The notes beneath the pieces were generated by a model, which was not told the origin of the DNA, did not search any database, and saw only the letters and a program-made list of their open reading frames with translations. DNA of 64,000 bases, taken from an uncultured Enterobacteriaceae bacterium (lineage in GTDB: Bacteria; Pseudomonadota; Gammaproteobacteria; Ga0077536). How positions within the stretch are numbered: position 1 is the stretch's first letter; each line of letters starts with the position of its first letter. A program made the translations under genes and the position numbers. Below, in pieces: positions 48,528-59,116 of this stretch. The stretch spans positions 28,332 to 92,331 of the forward strand of contig CAZFZX010000001.1 in assembly GCA_964523765.1 (NCBI GenBank), written 5' to 3'.

Positions 48528-49253
48528 TCAAAGTGTAAAATTATCTCCTAAGTAGACTTCACGCACGTGTTCGTCGACGAGGATCTGATCGGAGGTTCCT
48601 TCTGCGATTATCCGGCCTTCGTTGACGATGTACGCGCGATCGCAGATCCCAAGCGTCTCCCGGACGTTGTGATCGGTAATCAAAACACCGATCCCGAGCT
48701 GGCTTAGATGTTGAATTATTCGTTGAATGTCGCCGACTGAAATCGGATCTACGCCGGCGAAGGGTTCATCCAGAAGGACGAATTGGGGCTGGTTGGCCAA
48801 CGCCCGGGCAATTTCCACGCGCCGCCGTTCTCCTCCGGATAACGACATGCCGAGGTTGTCCTCGACGTGCTTGATATGAAATTCCTGTAACAGTGCCTGG
48901 AGACGCCGGTCTCTCTGATCTCGCGTCAGATCAGGGACAATTTCGAGCACGGCTGCAATATTCTGCTCGACGGTCAGCTTTCGAAATATGGAAGCCTCTT
49001 GTGGTAAATAGCCCAGTCCCCGACGAGCGCGCAAATCCATCGGCAGCCGCGTCAGATCTTCCTTGTTCAGGTAAATGGAGCCCCCTTCGCCGGCTACCAA
49101 GCCCACGATCATGTAGAAACTGGTCGTCTTACCGGCTCCGTTGGGGCCGAGCAGGCCGATCACCTCGCCGCTATTGACTGTCAGGCTGACATCCTGCACG
49201 ACCTGACGAGACTTGTAGGCTTTGGATAGGTGCCTGACCGCAAGGACGCTCAA
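48528..49253 (-). CDS. lptB: LPS export ABC transporter ATP-binding protein
   Basis: GPNGAGKTT Walker [16 protein letters not shown] signature, and position upstream of rpoN. Confidence 0.95.
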   Translation of the reverse strand: MSVLAVRHLSKAYKSRQVVQDVSLTVNSGEVIGLLGPNGAGKTTSFYMIVGLVAGEGGSIYLNKEDLTRLPMDLRARRGLGYLPQEASIFRKLTVEQNIAAVLEIVPDLTRDQRDRRLQALLQEFHIKHVEDNLGMSLSGGERRRVEIARALANQPQFVLLDEPFAGVDPISVGDIQRIIQHLSQLGIGVLITDHNVRETLGICDRAYIVNEGRIIAEGTSDQILVDEHVREVYLGDNFTL

Positions 49254-49328
49254 CGTATTTCTCCGGCCTCGACTAAGCCCATTTCAATAAGATGAACATA
49301 CTCAGATGACAATCGGCGCGTCCGGGAA

Positions 49329-49874
49329 CTAATCGGCAGTTCCTTTCGCTTTCGGTTTCTTCGGCGGGATAATCACACGCACGCGACCACGTTTCTGGGG
49401 CTGTCGTTTCGTCCCCGTCGTCTTTGGTACGGCGCGGGCCGTGATGACGCTTTTCGCAGTATCGTAGTTTATGCGATCGCCTTCGAATAGGCGCTTGCCC
49501 TGCGTAAGGCGGGCCTTCTGGATTAAATGCAAGAGGCTTTTTTGCGCGTGGTATTCGATCAATAGCGCTTCACCTTCGACGTCTTCACCGTCGTCAGGTG
49601 TCTGTTTAAAATAAGCAGGCCGCCCTTCGATGTATACGTCACGCAGATCGCGATCTTCGGAAAAATTGACTTTCAGTTTATCGCCGGTCATTTTTATCGA
49701 TCCCTGGATCACGATTACGTTACCGACATAGATGGTTTTACCCTCCTGATCGTCCAGTTCGGCGAAGTCGGCCTGTATTTCTATGGGTTGCTGGGAATCG
49801 GTGGCCAAGGCAGCTAGGTCTGCCGCCAACACGATACCGATCAGTAATACGCTAGATCTGAGGATTAACTTCAT
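49329..49874 (-). CDS. lptA: LPS transport periplasmic protein LptA
   Basis: Signal peptide MKLILRSSVLLIGIVLAA and OstA-like beta-jellyroll. Start chosen at the internal Met 49874; the track ORF extends to 49994. Confidence 0.85.
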   Translation of the reverse strand: MKLILRSSVLLIGIVLAADLAALATDSQQPIEIQADFAELDDQEGKTIYVGNVIVIQGSIKMTGDKLKVNFSEDRDLRDVYIEGRPAYFKQTPDDGEDVEGEALLIEYHAQKSLLHLIQKARLTQGKRLFEGDRINYDTAKSVITARAVPKTTGTKRQPQKRGRVRVIIPPKKPKAKGTAD

Positions 49875-50421
49875 GGCGGCTTCGTACCTGTTGCAGCAAC
49901 TCCAATCGATCGTGAGCGAAATTGGCGCGCATTCCGATCGTCTTCGTAACCGTAGTTTCGCTAGTAATCGTAGCCGGATCATCCGTTTCCGCATACTGTT
50001 CCTTGGGTAACACCCGCAATTCCGAAGTAATGACTTCGAATTCGCGGCGGCCGGCTTCGTCCTGTCTCCAGATTTCTACTTCGCCGTGCAGCAATACGAC
50101 CTCGCTGCCCGAACCTACCCAGCCGTTCTCCGCAACGACGTACCACGGCTCCGAATTGCCATTGTAGATTTCCATGCGCGGTCTGGACAGTTCTGTCGAA
50201 TCATCGTCAGGATAGTGCGTCACCAAGTCAGCATACAGCACATTTTTGAGCGCGCCGGTCTCGTCGAGAGTATTTCGCACCATGTCCTCGATGTAGTAGT
50301 CCGGCTCGTGCACGCTCGGGGGCGACACGCCGTCGTCATCTTCGTCAAGCTGCTGCCACACCCAGAAAGTAAGAGCGCCGAGTACGATGAAGAAAACGGC
50401 GGTCGCCCCTGAGCTAGTCAT
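49852..50421 (-). CDS. lptC: LPS export system protein LptC
   Basis: Single N-terminal TM anchor and position between kdsC and lptA. Confidence 0.8.
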   Translation of the reverse strand: MTSSGATAVFFIVLGALTFWVWQQLDEDDDGVSPPSVHEPDYYIEDMVRNTLDETGALKNVLYADLVTHYPDDDSTELSRPRMEIYNGNSEPWYVVAENGWVGSGSEVVLLHGEVEIWRQDEAGRREFEVITSELRVLPKEQYAETDDPATITSETTVTKTIGMRANFAHDRLELLQQVRSRHEVNPQI

Positions 50422-50977
50422 CGTCCACCAGATGCTGCGAGCGAGACTCGAAACGCGCGATCTGAGCGTCGAGTTTATCCTGCGCGGTCAAAATCAATTC
50501 GCATACCTCTCTGACAGCGCCAGCGCCTCCGCTCACGGTCGTCACGTACGCAGCGTGATCGTGCAACCGCCAATGGGCATCGGCAACGGCGATTGGCAGC
50601 CCAACCCGTATCATGATCGGAATATCCGGGAGATCGTCGCCCACGTAGCAAATGGCGGTCGGGTCGATCTCGAGTTCTGCCAGCAACAAATCCAATGTTG
50701 CCGATTTATCGGTTTGACCCTGAAAAACGTGCTCAATTCCCAATTGAGCCATCCGCTCGGCGACGACGGGCGATTCGCGGCCCGTTATAATCGCCAACAC
50801 GATACCGCTGTCGCGAAGCATAACCAGACCGTGGCCATCGCGGACGTGGAAATTCTTGAACTCCTGGCCGTCCGGCCCGAGCACTAAACGGCCATCGGTC
50901 AACACGCCGTCGACGTCGAATATCGCGAGCCTGATCCGCGATGCAAGGGTCAGAATACGTGCGCTGTGCTCTATCAC
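50414..50977 (-). CDS. kdsC: 3-deoxy-D-manno-octulosonate 8-phosphate phosphatase
   Basis: HAD-family motif FDVDGVLTDG...GDDLPD; follows kdsD. Confidence 0.85.
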   Translation of the reverse strand: MIEHSARILTLASRIRLAIFDVDGVLTDGRLVLGPDGQEFKNFHVRDGHGLVMLRDSGIVLAIITGRESPVVAERMAQLGIEHVFQGQTDKSATLDLLLAELEIDPTAICYVGDDLPDIPIMIRVGLPIAVADAHWRLHDHAAYVTTVSGGAGAVREVCELILTAQDKLDAQIARFESRSQHLVDDD

Positions 50978-51978
50978 TAAAATACACGCGATCGGAGCAG
51001 ATCGTGCATGTTCAGAACGCCCACCAACCGCTTTTCGTCGTCCACCGCGAGCAACGCGTTGATTTTTCGATCTTGCATGATCCGGAGCGCTTCGGCGGCA
51101 AGTATGTCGGCGGCTACCATCGTGCAGTCCGGGGTCATGACCGAATCGATCGGCGTCGAGGTGATGTCGAATTTCTGGTCGATGACCCGGCGTAAATCGC
51201 CGTCGGTGAATATACCCAAAACGCGCCCTTCGGAATCGATGATCGCCGTCATACCCAGACCCTTACGGGTCATCTCTACCAGCGCTTCACCGACGGCAGA
51301 ATCCGGTCCGACGGTAGGCATCCCGGCGCCGGTGTGAATGAGGTCACTGATCTTGAGCAACAACCTCCTTCCCAAAGCGCCGCCCGGGTGCGAGCGCGCG
51401 AAATCCTCCTCCGTAAACCCGCGAGCCTGCAACATGGCTATCGCGAGCGCATCGCCCATCGCAAGGGCGGCGGTCGTACTAGAAGTGGGCGCCAAGCCGA
51501 GCGGGCAGGCTTCTTCGCCGACCGCTACGTTTACGTGAACGGTCGCCTGTTTAGCCAGACTGGAATTCGGGTTTCCCGTCATCGCTACTAGAGGAATACC
51601 CAAGCGGCTAATCAGCGGGATCAAAACCACCAATTCGTCCGTCTCACCGGAATTGGACAATGCCAGCACGACGTCGTTTTTGGTAATCATGCCCATGTCA
51701 CCGTGACTCGCTTCGCCAGGGTGCACGAAAAACGCCGGTGAGCCGGTACTTGCCAAGGTCGCTGCAATCTTGCCGCCGATATGCCCCGATTTTCCCATTC
51801 CGAGAACAATGATACGGCCGCGGCAGGCCAGCATGCACTCGGCGGCCCGGGAAAATGACTCGTCAATCTGCCCAATCAGGTCGCCGATTGCGCGTGACTC
51901 CACCTCGAGCACCGCGCGACCGAGAGCGAGCAGGCGGCCGGAATCGGGACTGGAGGCGCTGGATCCGGGCGTACTCAT
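50977..51978 (-). CDS. kdsD: arabinose-5-phosphate isomerase (SIS + tandem CBS)
   Basis: LGMGKSGHIG SIS motif and a C-terminal CBS pair; 333 aa. Confidence 0.9.
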   Translation of the reverse strand: MSTPGSSASSPDSGRLLALGRAVLEVESRAIGDLIGQIDESFSRAAECMLACRGRIIVLGMGKSGHIGGKIAATLASTGSPAFFVHPGEASHGDMGMITKNDVVLALSNSGETDELVVLIPLISRLGIPLVAMTGNPNSSLAKQATVHVNVAVGEEACPLGLAPTSSTTAALAMGDALAIAMLQARGFTEEDFARSHPGGALGRRLLLKISDLIHTGAGMPTVGPDSAVGEALVEMTRKGLGMTAIIDSEGRVLGIFTDGDLRRVIDQKFDITSTPIDSVMTPDCTMVAADILAAEALRIMQDRKINALLAVDDEKRLVGVLNMHDLLRSRVF

Positions 51979-52006
51979 GCGACCCTATGCGAAAGCGATC
52001 GAAACG

Positions 52007-52969
52007 TTAGCTCGTGACATACAACAACCATTGATAGGCGGTAAACGCCAACAAAAACCCGGTTCCCTCGAGTCGGCTGATGCGCCCGTCTCGACCCCAT
52101 CCCGACGCGGCCGCGACCAGCAAAATACTCAGACCAACCATTACCGGAAAGTCGCGTGACATCACCGCCGGCGACAATACACTTGGATGCAATAATGCCG
52201 GTACCGCCATCACGCCCAGAACGTTAAACATATTGGACCCGATCACGTTACCGAGCGCAATCTCAGGCTCACCCTTCAATGCGCTTGCGACGGAGGCCGC
52301 CAACTCGGGCAGGCTGGTGCCAATAGCGACTATCGTTAGACCGATCACCAGATCGCTGACCCCGAAGTGCGTTGCGACCGCGACCGCGCCGTCTACCAGC
52401 GCGTTGGATCCCAACAGTAGCATCCCAAGACCTATCCCGAGCCGGCTAAGCGCGCGAAACGTGGTCATCCGCGCCGCCAAGTGCTGCTCCATTTCCTGGC
52501 TCAAAGGATCGCGCGCCTTGCCGCTCTTGCCTAGCAGCGTTGTCGCGGCCATCAGTATGGCCAGACCGAGAAGAAGCACGGCACCGTCGTCGACGCTGAG
52601 TTCACCGTCCCAGCACAACAGCAACGAGAGCGAAATACAGGCAAACATACCGGGGAATTCACGCACTAACACTCGGGAACGTACCTCTAGCGGCAATATC
52701 ACGGCCGTAGCTCCGATCACAAGCCCGATATTGGCGATGTTCGACCCGATTGCGTTGCCGATCGCGATCGACGGGTTCCCGTCCAGGGATGCTACGCCGG
52801 CGACGAGCATCTCGGGCGCAGAGGTTGCGAAACCTACGACCGTAAGCCCGACCAATAGCGGTGGGATCCCGCAGTTACGGGCGGTAGCAGCGGCGCCTTC
52901 GACGAAACGGTCGGCGCCGAAGGTGAGCAAGCCGAGACCGATGATAATGGCAAGATAAGATTCGATCAT
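52007..52969 (-). CDS. calcium/sodium:proton antiporter, CaCA family (YrbG-like)
   Basis: Two internal alpha-repeats (GNAIGSNIANIGLV / GNVIGSNMFNVLGV); 320 aa, 10 TM. Confidence 0.85.
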   Translation of the reverse strand: MIESYLAIIIGLGLLTFGADRFVEGAAATARNCGIPPLLVGLTVVGFATSAPEMLVAGVASLDGNPSIAIGNAIGSNIANIGLVIGATAVILPLEVRSRVLVREFPGMFACISLSLLLCWDGELSVDDGAVLLLGLAILMAATTLLGKSGKARDPLSQEMEQHLAARMTTFRALSRLGIGLGMLLLGSNALVDGAVAVATHFGVSDLVIGLTIVAIGTSLPELAASVASALKGEPEIALGNVIGSNMFNVLGVMAVPALLHPSVLSPAVMSRDFPVMVGLSILLVAAASGWGRDGRISRLEGTGFLLAFTAYQWLLYVTS

Positions 52970-53052
52970 GGATTTGGAACCGGGAAACCAGCTCCAATAT
53001 GCCAGAATCGTGCGACCATATACAAAGGCTGCCGGCGCCGCTGGCCAAGCGT

Positions 53053-53058
53053 TATAAT
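53053..53058 (+). promoter_or_regulatory. candidate -10 hexamer (TATAAT) upstream of the murU-like gene
   Basis: Perfect TATAAT lies 36 bp upstream of the ATG at 53095, in the divergent spacer with the CaCA antiporter gene. The -35 region is weak. Confidence 0.35.
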
Positions 53059-53094
53059 CCGACCATCGAGGCTCGAAGGTTTCATAAACGTCCT

Positions 53095-53778
53095 ATGCGC
53101 GCGATGATTCTCGCGGCCGGGCGCGGCGAACGGATGGGGCAGCTCACCGCGCGCGTCCCAAAACCCCTTCTTACGGTCGCCGGAAAGCCGATGATCGTGC
53201 GCCACGTCGAACGACTGCGGGATGCGGGCGTTGTCGAACTCGTGATCAATCTCGCCTATCGGGGTGAGCAGATCCGGGCGCTGTTGGGGGACGGGCGTCT
53301 TTTCGGCGTCAAGATCGAATACTCACCAGAGCCAAACGGGGCGCTGGAAACCGGCGGCGGTATTGCGGCGGCGTTGAAATTGCTCGGGACCGGGCCGTTT
53401 GTCGTCGTCAACAGTGATATCTGGACCGACTTCGATTTCTCCGTGTTGGGCGCGCCGAAGGGCGACGCGCACCTCGTTCTCGTCCCGAACCCTGCGCACA
53501 ACCGCAGCGGCGATTTCTCGTTTAGAGACGGCAAAATCGTGGGCAACGGCGGCGCTACGGCGACTTTCGCAGGAATTGGGGTCTATCGACAGGCGTTGTT
53601 CGCGACGACGCGCCGGCCAAAGTTTGCCCTCGCTCCATTGCTACGCGAGGCCGTTGCCCTGGGCCGGGTGACCGCCGAACTGTATCGGGGCCTTTGGTTG
53701 GATGTCGGCACGCCCAAAAGGTTAATGATCGCAAACGAACTTGCTGCAACGCAGCAATTCTCTGAAAAGCCTGTATAA
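53095..53778 (+). CDS. nucleotidyltransferase, MurU-like (N-acetylmuramate alpha-1-phosphate uridylyltransferase family)
   Basis: MRAMILAAGRGERMGQLT...PKPLL sugar-1-P NTP-transferase N-motif. TATAAT lies 36 bp upstream of the ATG at 53095; the track ORF starts at 52999. Confidence 0.7.
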   Translation: MRAMILAAGRGERMGQLTARVPKPLLTVAGKPMIVRHVERLRDAGVVELVINLAYRGEQIRALLGDGRLFGVKIEYSPEPNGALETGGGIAAALKLLGTGPFVVVNSDIWTDFDFSVLGAPKGDAHLVLVPNPAHNRSGDFSFRDGKIVGNGGATATFAGIGVYRQALFATTRRPKFALAPLLREAVALGRVTAELYRGLWLDVGTPKRLMIANELAATQQFSEKPV

Positions 53779-53965
53779 TGCAACCTGAGTGATGGACGAT
53801 ATCGGCGCCGGCGCGGCTATACCTTACCGCCCGTTTACGATAGCTTCCGTACCTTGAATTGCCGGCCGAAAGACCACGTGAAGATGGCGCCCAACAATCT
53901 CGAATCGGGTCGGCAGAGCCCCGTTTATACGGGTTTCTAACGCTAAAGACGCTGCAATTTGCCAG

Positions 53966-56089
53966 ATGGACTACGATCCTTGTTGGGCGGGTCGACTGTG
54001 GCTGCGGTGCGCTGCGAGCGCATTGATCAGCTGTCTGCTTCCGTGTTCGTTTACTTTCGCTGCCGAGCTGGGCCTCGAGGCGACCACGCCGAGTCTTCCG
54101 CTATCGACACTGGAGACGTCGGACCGACGTGTTCTCCGAGTGATTAGATTCAACCACAATGCGGCGCCCGACACACGTCGCGAAGTCGCCGTCCAAACGA
54201 GGATGATCCGGGATTTTGCTGACTCGGCAGACCTAGAGATCAAATGGGTCGACGTATTTCGCTCGACCGAAGCTTTGCAGAAACTACTCGGCGGCGAGGG
54301 CGACCTGAGTATCGGCGCGGTTCCTATCGATCATCATATGGACGCGCGGCTCAGCGCTTCGATGCCGATCGCATTGCAGCGTTTTCGGGTCATCGGTCGG
54401 GACGACGAATCGTCGGAAAACCCGCTCGAACTCGCCGGCCGGCGCCTCGCGGTCAAGATGTCCTCCCCGATGTGGCCGTACCTCGAGCGGCTCCGCGCGG
54501 TCGTGGCAGACTTACGGTTAGAGGTTCTTCCGAACGAGTTACATCGCGACGAAATACTGCAAATGCTCAGTGACGGACTCTACGATGCCGCTTTGATTGC
54601 AGTTGAGGTCGGCGACGAACCGACCGCCGATTTCCCCCGACTAAAAACGCTGTTCGACCTGACGGGGCTAGAGCCCGTGTCGTGGTTCGCGCGCCGGGAT
54701 AACGCCCTGTTAGTCGATGCCATTAACGAATTCATCAAGCGTTTTCACACCGCCTACCATAATCCGAACCCCTCGGTAAGAACATTCGCCGACATCAAGC
54801 AACAAGGCGTACTGCGGATAATCACGCGACTCGACGGGCGCAATTATTTTCTCAACCACGGTCAACCGGCAGGGTTCGAATTGGGGCTGGCGCGACGCTT
54901 TGCCGACCGGCACGGTTTGCGCCTGGAAGTCTTGGTCGGGCGCAGTGACGATGAGATCCTGCGGTGGTTGAGCAGTGGCGCCGGCGATATCGTAACCACC
55001 AGAATTGGCACTCATAAAGTTCACGGCGAGCCGGCATTTTCAATGTCCCGCGAGTATCGTCATGACGCTCTAGTGCTTGTCACCTCCTCGGAAAACCCAA
55101 TCCGCTCTAGCGCCGATCTGCGCGGTAAAACCGTTGCCGGCTATGCCGGGTCATTGGAGTTAGCGGCGCTCGAGGACATCTTGAGTGGCGCAGGAACAGT
55201 GATTAGCGTCGACCGGCAAGTCTCGATGACCTTGCTGTTCGAACGCGTAGCAGCGGGTGAGGTTGACGCCGCCGTAATTGAAGCGCACCGTCTCGAAGCC
55301 GGATCGGTGACGCACGACAAGCTGGTTGTCGGCATGTCCATCCCGAACCCGTACCGCTATCGGTGGACGCTACGCGCCGAGGACGGGCCGTTGGTTGAAG
55401 CGGTCGAGGAATTCATCCAAACCGAATACCGCGACGAAACCTACAACGTTCTCGAACGACGCTACGTGCAGGCGAGACAAGTCGCAAAATATCGTTTTGA
55501 TGACATCTCGCCATTTGACGACCTGCTGCAAACCTATGCCGATCGCTATGGTTTCGACTGGCGGCTGATCGCGGCCCAAATGTACCAGGAAAGCCATTTT
55601 GATCCGAAAGCGGTATCGGTCGCAGGTGCCGTGGGGTTAATGCAATTGATGCCGGCAACCGCCGAATCTCTTGGGTTTTCAGACCCTGCAGACCCCGAGG
55701 TCGGCATCCACGCCGGCATCAAATACCTTGATCGTCTGCGGGACCGGTTCGACCGCCACATCCCGATGAACGAAAGAACTTGGTTGGCGCTTGCTGCCTA
55801 CAACATCGGTTACGATCGGGTCCGGCGCGCCCGAATACTGGCTCGCGAGGCAGGGTTGAATCCGGATAAATGGTTCGACAATGTCGAAATGGCGATGCTG
55901 CGGATGACGCGAGTCGGTTCGATTAAGGCGGCCGGCTGCAGATGCGGGCAAGCTATCGTATACGTCCGCGCAATTCGATCGCTTTACTCCGCCTACCGTA
56001 ATCTGGTACCCGCGGCGAAAACGCCGCGGTCCTCATCGTGGCCGCACGCGCCGAGAGTATCCCGGCTGACAACAGGGAATGCCGGTTAG
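53966..56089 (+). CDS. mltF: membrane-bound lytic murein transglycosylase F (tandem solute-binding-like domains + C-terminal SLT domain)
   Basis: Signal peptide. C-terminal SLT motifs ([31 protein letters not shown] ... YNIGYDRV). Confidence 0.85.
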   Translation: MDYDPCWAGRLWLRCAASALISCLLPCSFTFAAELGLEATTPSLPLSTLETSDRRVLRVIRFNHNAAPDTRREVAVQTRMIRDFADSADLEIKWVDVFRSTEALQKLLGGEGDLSIGAVPIDHHMDARLSASMPIALQRFRVIGRDDESSENPLELAGRRLAVKMSSPMWPYLERLRAVVADLRLEVLPNELHRDEILQMLSDGLYDAALIAVEVGDEPTADFPRLKTLFDLTGLEPVSWFARRDNALLVDAINEFIKRFHTAYHNPNPSVRTFADIKQQGVLRIITRLDGRNYFLNHGQPAGFELGLARRFADRHGLRLEVLVGRSDDEILRWLSSGAGDIVTTRIGTHKVHGEPAFSMSREYRHDALVLVTSSENPIRSSADLRGKTVAGYAGSLELAALEDILSGAGTVISVDRQVSMTLLFERVAAGEVDAAVIEAHRLEAGSVTHDKLVVGMSIPNPYRYRWTLRAEDGPLVEAVEEFIQTEYRDETYNVLERRYVQARQVAKYRFDDISPFDDLLQTYADRYGFDWRLIAAQMYQESHFDPKAVSVAGAVGLMQLMPATAESLGFSDPADPEVGIHAGIKYLDRLRDRFDRHIPMNERTWLALAAYNIGYDRVRRARILAREAGLNPDKWFDNVEMAMLRMTRVGSIKAAGCRCGQAIVYVRAIRSLYSAYRNLVPAAKTPRSSSWPHAPRVSRLTTGNAG

Positions 56090-56754
56090 TCCGAGTACCT
56101 GGTCGGGTCATCGACCTCTGCGGCCGCGAACCCCTGCCGGCGCAGGCGGCACGCTTCACACTCGCCGCAGGCCCGGCCGGCGGTGTCGGCTTGGTAGCAG
56201 GACACCGTGACCGCATATTCGACCCCGAGGCTGGTCCCGAGCGCGATGATATCCGCTTTGCTCATCCGTATTAGGGGGGCGTGAACAGTGACTGGATTCC
56301 CCTCGATCCCGGCTTTGGTCGCGACCCGCGCCAAAGCTTGAAATGCAGCGATAAACTCTGGCCGGCAATCCGGATAGCCAGAAAAATCGACGGCGTTCAC
56401 GCCGATAAAGATGTGACCCGCCGCCACGACTTCCGCCCAACCGAGCGCTATCGACAGCATCACCGTATTCCTCGCGGGTACATAAGTAACGGGGATCCCC
56501 GGACTTGGTTTAGTCGGGACCGAGAGCTTCACGTCGGTTAACGCCGAACCGCCGAATTGATCGTAGTCGATGTGCACAACGCGGTGCTCGACCGCGCCGT
56601 AGCGACGCGCTAACGTTCCGGCGGCGGCCAACTCGGCGGCGTGCCGCTGACCGTAGTCGATGGTCAAGGCGAAACAGTCATAGTTCTGCTTCCGTGCCGA
56701 CGCTAAAACGGTTGCGGAATCAAGCCCACCTGAAAGTAAAACGATTGCGCGCAT
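56086..56754 (-). CDS. queC: 7-cyano-7-deazaguanine synthase
   Basis: [13 protein letters not shown]-loop and the C-terminal Zn cysteine motif CGECEAC. Confidence 0.95.
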   Translation of the reverse strand: MRAIVLLSGGLDSATVLASARKQNYDCFALTIDYGQRHAAELAAAGTLARRYGAVEHRVVHIDYDQFGGSALTDVKLSVPTKPSPGIPVTYVPARNTVMLSIALGWAEVVAAGHIFIGVNAVDFSGYPDCRPEFIAAFQALARVATKAGIEGNPVTVHAPLIRMSKADIIALGTSLGVEYAVTVSCYQADTAGRACGECEACRLRRQGFAAAEVDDPTRYSD

Positions 56755-56767
56755 GAAGGGCTAGCCC

Positions 56768-57415
56768 CTAGCGGCCGCGTTCATCGCCCCAGAGATATTT
56801 GTGGAGCTGAATTTGCAGACGCACGGGCAAACGATCGGCCAAGATCCACTCGCCGAGCGTACGCGCCTGCAAATCTTCGTAGTTGGGGGAAAAAAGCAGG
56901 CGGCGATGTTCCGCTAAGCCGCGTTCGGCGATCGCGGATTTTGCCCATTCATAATCGTCCCGATCCGAGATCACGAATTTGATCTCGTCGTTCGGTCCGA
57001 GATGCGTGAGATTCTCATAATGATTGCGGTGGTGCTCACCAGAAGAAGGCGTTTTCAAATCCATTACTTTGCGTACTCGCCGGTCGACATCAGCTATGGA
57101 CGTAGTTCCACTCGTCTCCAGTGAAACTGCGTAACCACTATTGCAAAATGCTTCGAGGAGCGCGGTGCATTGAGCCTGAGCCAAAGGTTCTCCACCGGTG
57201 ACCGTCACGCGACCCACACCGAGGTTGGCGACCTCGTCGAGAATGTCGCCGACCGACATTTCGCGCCCGCCGCTAAACGCATAAGAAGTGTCGCAGTAAT
57301 TGCAGCGCAACGGGCAGCCGGTAAGACGGACAAACACGGTCGGCAAACCCACTGTGGTCGACTCTCCTTGAATCGAAAGGAAAATCTCTGTTATGCGCAA
57401 CACCTTAGCCTGCAA
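56768..57415 (-). CDS. queE: 7-carboxy-7-deazaguanine synthase (radical SAM)
   Basis: EIFLSIQGES and CPLRCNYCDT motifs. Confidence 0.9.
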   Translation of the reverse strand: MQAKVLRITEIFLSIQGESTTVGLPTVFVRLTGCPLRCNYCDTSYAFSGGREMSVGDILDEVANLGVGRVTVTGGEPLAQAQCTALLEAFCNSGYAVSLETSGTTSIADVDRRVRKVMDLKTPSSGEHHRNHYENLTHLGPNDEIKFVISDRDDYEWAKSAIAERGLAEHRRLLFSPNYEDLQARTLGEWILADRLPVRLQIQLHKYLWGDERGR

Positions 57416-57462
57416 ATGGTGCCGATCGGTGGCGAGCTTGCGCCGGTCGGCGCGACATGAGC

Positions 57463-58452
57463 TTAACGAGCCGGGTTCTCAGCGAGAATGCGCTGGATCC
57501 GCTCCTCCGCCAAGCGTGCCGCCGTAGTTCCCCCATACCGATTGCGCAAATCTTCAAGCATCGCCCGCGCCTGGTCGACCTCTCCCAATTCGTGGAAACT
57601 GTAGCCGATTTTGAGCATAGCGTGTGACTGCTTCTTGCTCGCCGGATAATGATCGATCAACTTTCGATATTCCACGATAGCCGGTTCGAATTGCCGTTTC
57701 ACGTAATGCGTTTCGCCGAGCCAATACTGCGCGTTGTCGGCATATTGGCTTTCGGGGTATTGCTGGAGAAATTCCGTGAACGCGGTAATGGAACCGTCGT
57801 ACTGACCGGCTTTGAGCAGGTTAAAAGCGTCCCGGTAGGCTGCTTCGGATTCTTCATTGTCGATCATCGGACCGGTCGGCGCGATCGACGGCAGCGCGGG
57901 CGCCACGACGGTCGATGCCGGGCGCGACGCTTCGGCCCCCGTATCCACTCCCGCTACGTGGTCATCTGACCCGCCCTCAAGGCCGCCGGCCTGGGGTTGG
58001 GGTTCGACCTGCAAAGAAGACGATTGAGGCGCCGGCGTTCCTGCCACGGTCTCGACTTCGCCCGTATTCAACGTCGTAAGGGGCGGCGCCGCGGCGGTGC
58101 CCGGCGATATTTCGGCAAAACTACCGCTCTGACGTTCGACTCTCTGCATGCGTTGGTCGAGATCTACGTAGGTATCCCGCTGAGTCTTTCGCAGCTGCTC
58201 GATGGTGTACGCCTGCTCTTCGATTTGGCCTCGCAACCGCTGCACTTCCTCCTGCAGGGTTTCAAGTTGCTGCAGCAAATCCACCAAACCACGACCTTCG
58301 AGCAAACGTTCGAGTTTCGCCACGCGCGCCGCGATATTCGCTTCGTTGCTCGCGGCCGGAAGTGAACTACTGAAAACGACGGCCGCCGCAAAAATTGCAC
58401 TGACGACGACGCCACGCTGCGTGCTCGGAACGCGCATCAAACGGTCCTCCAC
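57463..58452 (-). CDS. cpoB: Tol-Pal system protein CpoB/YbgF (coiled coil + TPR)
   Basis: Signal peptide, coiled-coil region (LQQLETLQEEVQRLRGQIEEQ) and C-terminal TPRs. Position after pal. Confidence 0.85.
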   Translation of the reverse strand: MEDRLMRVPSTQRGVVVSAIFAAAVVFSSSLPAASNEANIAARVAKLERLLEGRGLVDLLQQLETLQEEVQRLRGQIEEQAYTIEQLRKTQRDTYVDLDQRMQRVERQSGSFAEISPGTAAAPPLTTLNTGEVETVAGTPAPQSSSLQVEPQPQAGGLEGGSDDHVAGVDTGAEASRPASTVVAPALPSIAPTGPMIDNEESEAAYRDAFNLLKAGQYDGSITAFTEFLQQYPESQYADNAQYWLGETHYVKRQFEPAIVEYRKLIDHYPASKKQSHAMLKIGYSFHELGEVDQARAMLEDLRNRYGGTTAARLAEERIQRILAENPAR

Positions 58453-58456
58453 ATGA

Positions 58457-59017
58457 TCAATAAAGGATCTCTACGCGCCTATTTAGCGCGTAGGATTCCT
58501 CATCGTGGCCTTCTGTCGCCGGGCGCTCCTCGCCGTAACTCACGGCTCTAATCTGCCCCGCCGAAGCGCCTAGCAATACCAACTGCTTACGTACGCCCAA
58601 GGCTCTTCTTTCACCGAGCGCAAGATTATATTCACGCGACCCGCGTTCGTCCGCATGCCCCTCCAAGGAGATTTCAACACCCGGGTTCCCGGCCAGGTAG
58701 GCCGCGTGCGCCTCTATTGTGCCGCGAAACTCTTCTCGTACCGTGCTCTGATCATAGTCGAAATAAATGACCCGAACGGAAAGCGGTCCGTCCGGATCAT
58801 TGGGATCGCCGAGAGCGCTGCTCGACAAGGGATCGACATCTTCCAAGCCCTGGGTTCGAGCCGCCGAATCAATAGCGTCCATTTCATCGCTCGATATTCC
58901 ACGGTCCTCGACTGAAGCGCGAGTTGCATCTGAATCTTTCGTCTTGGACCCTCCGCAGCCCACGATCAGAAGGGCGAGTAACGCCACCGGGATCCACTTT
59001 AAGCTCGCCATTGTCAT
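58457..59017 (-). CDS. pal: peptidoglycan-associated lipoprotein
   Basis: Lipobox LIVGCGG and an OmpA-like domain (EGHADERGSREYNLALGERRA). Confidence 0.9.
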   Translation of the reverse strand: MTMASLKWIPVALLALLIVGCGGSKTKDSDATRASVEDRGISSDEMDAIDSAARTQGLEDVDPLSSSALGDPNDPDGPLSVRVIYFDYDQSTVREEFRGTIEAHAAYLAGNPGVEISLEGHADERGSREYNLALGERRALGVRKQLVLLGASAGQIRAVSYGEERPATEGHDEESYALNRRVEILY

Positions 59018-59116
59018 GTCGCTCTCCTTTACGCTCGATTGATCATTTGCGGTCGTGAATGCACAAACTCGCGGATGCCGGCTGGGGACTCCACGGGTCG
59101 CGGGCGCGCTCGGCTG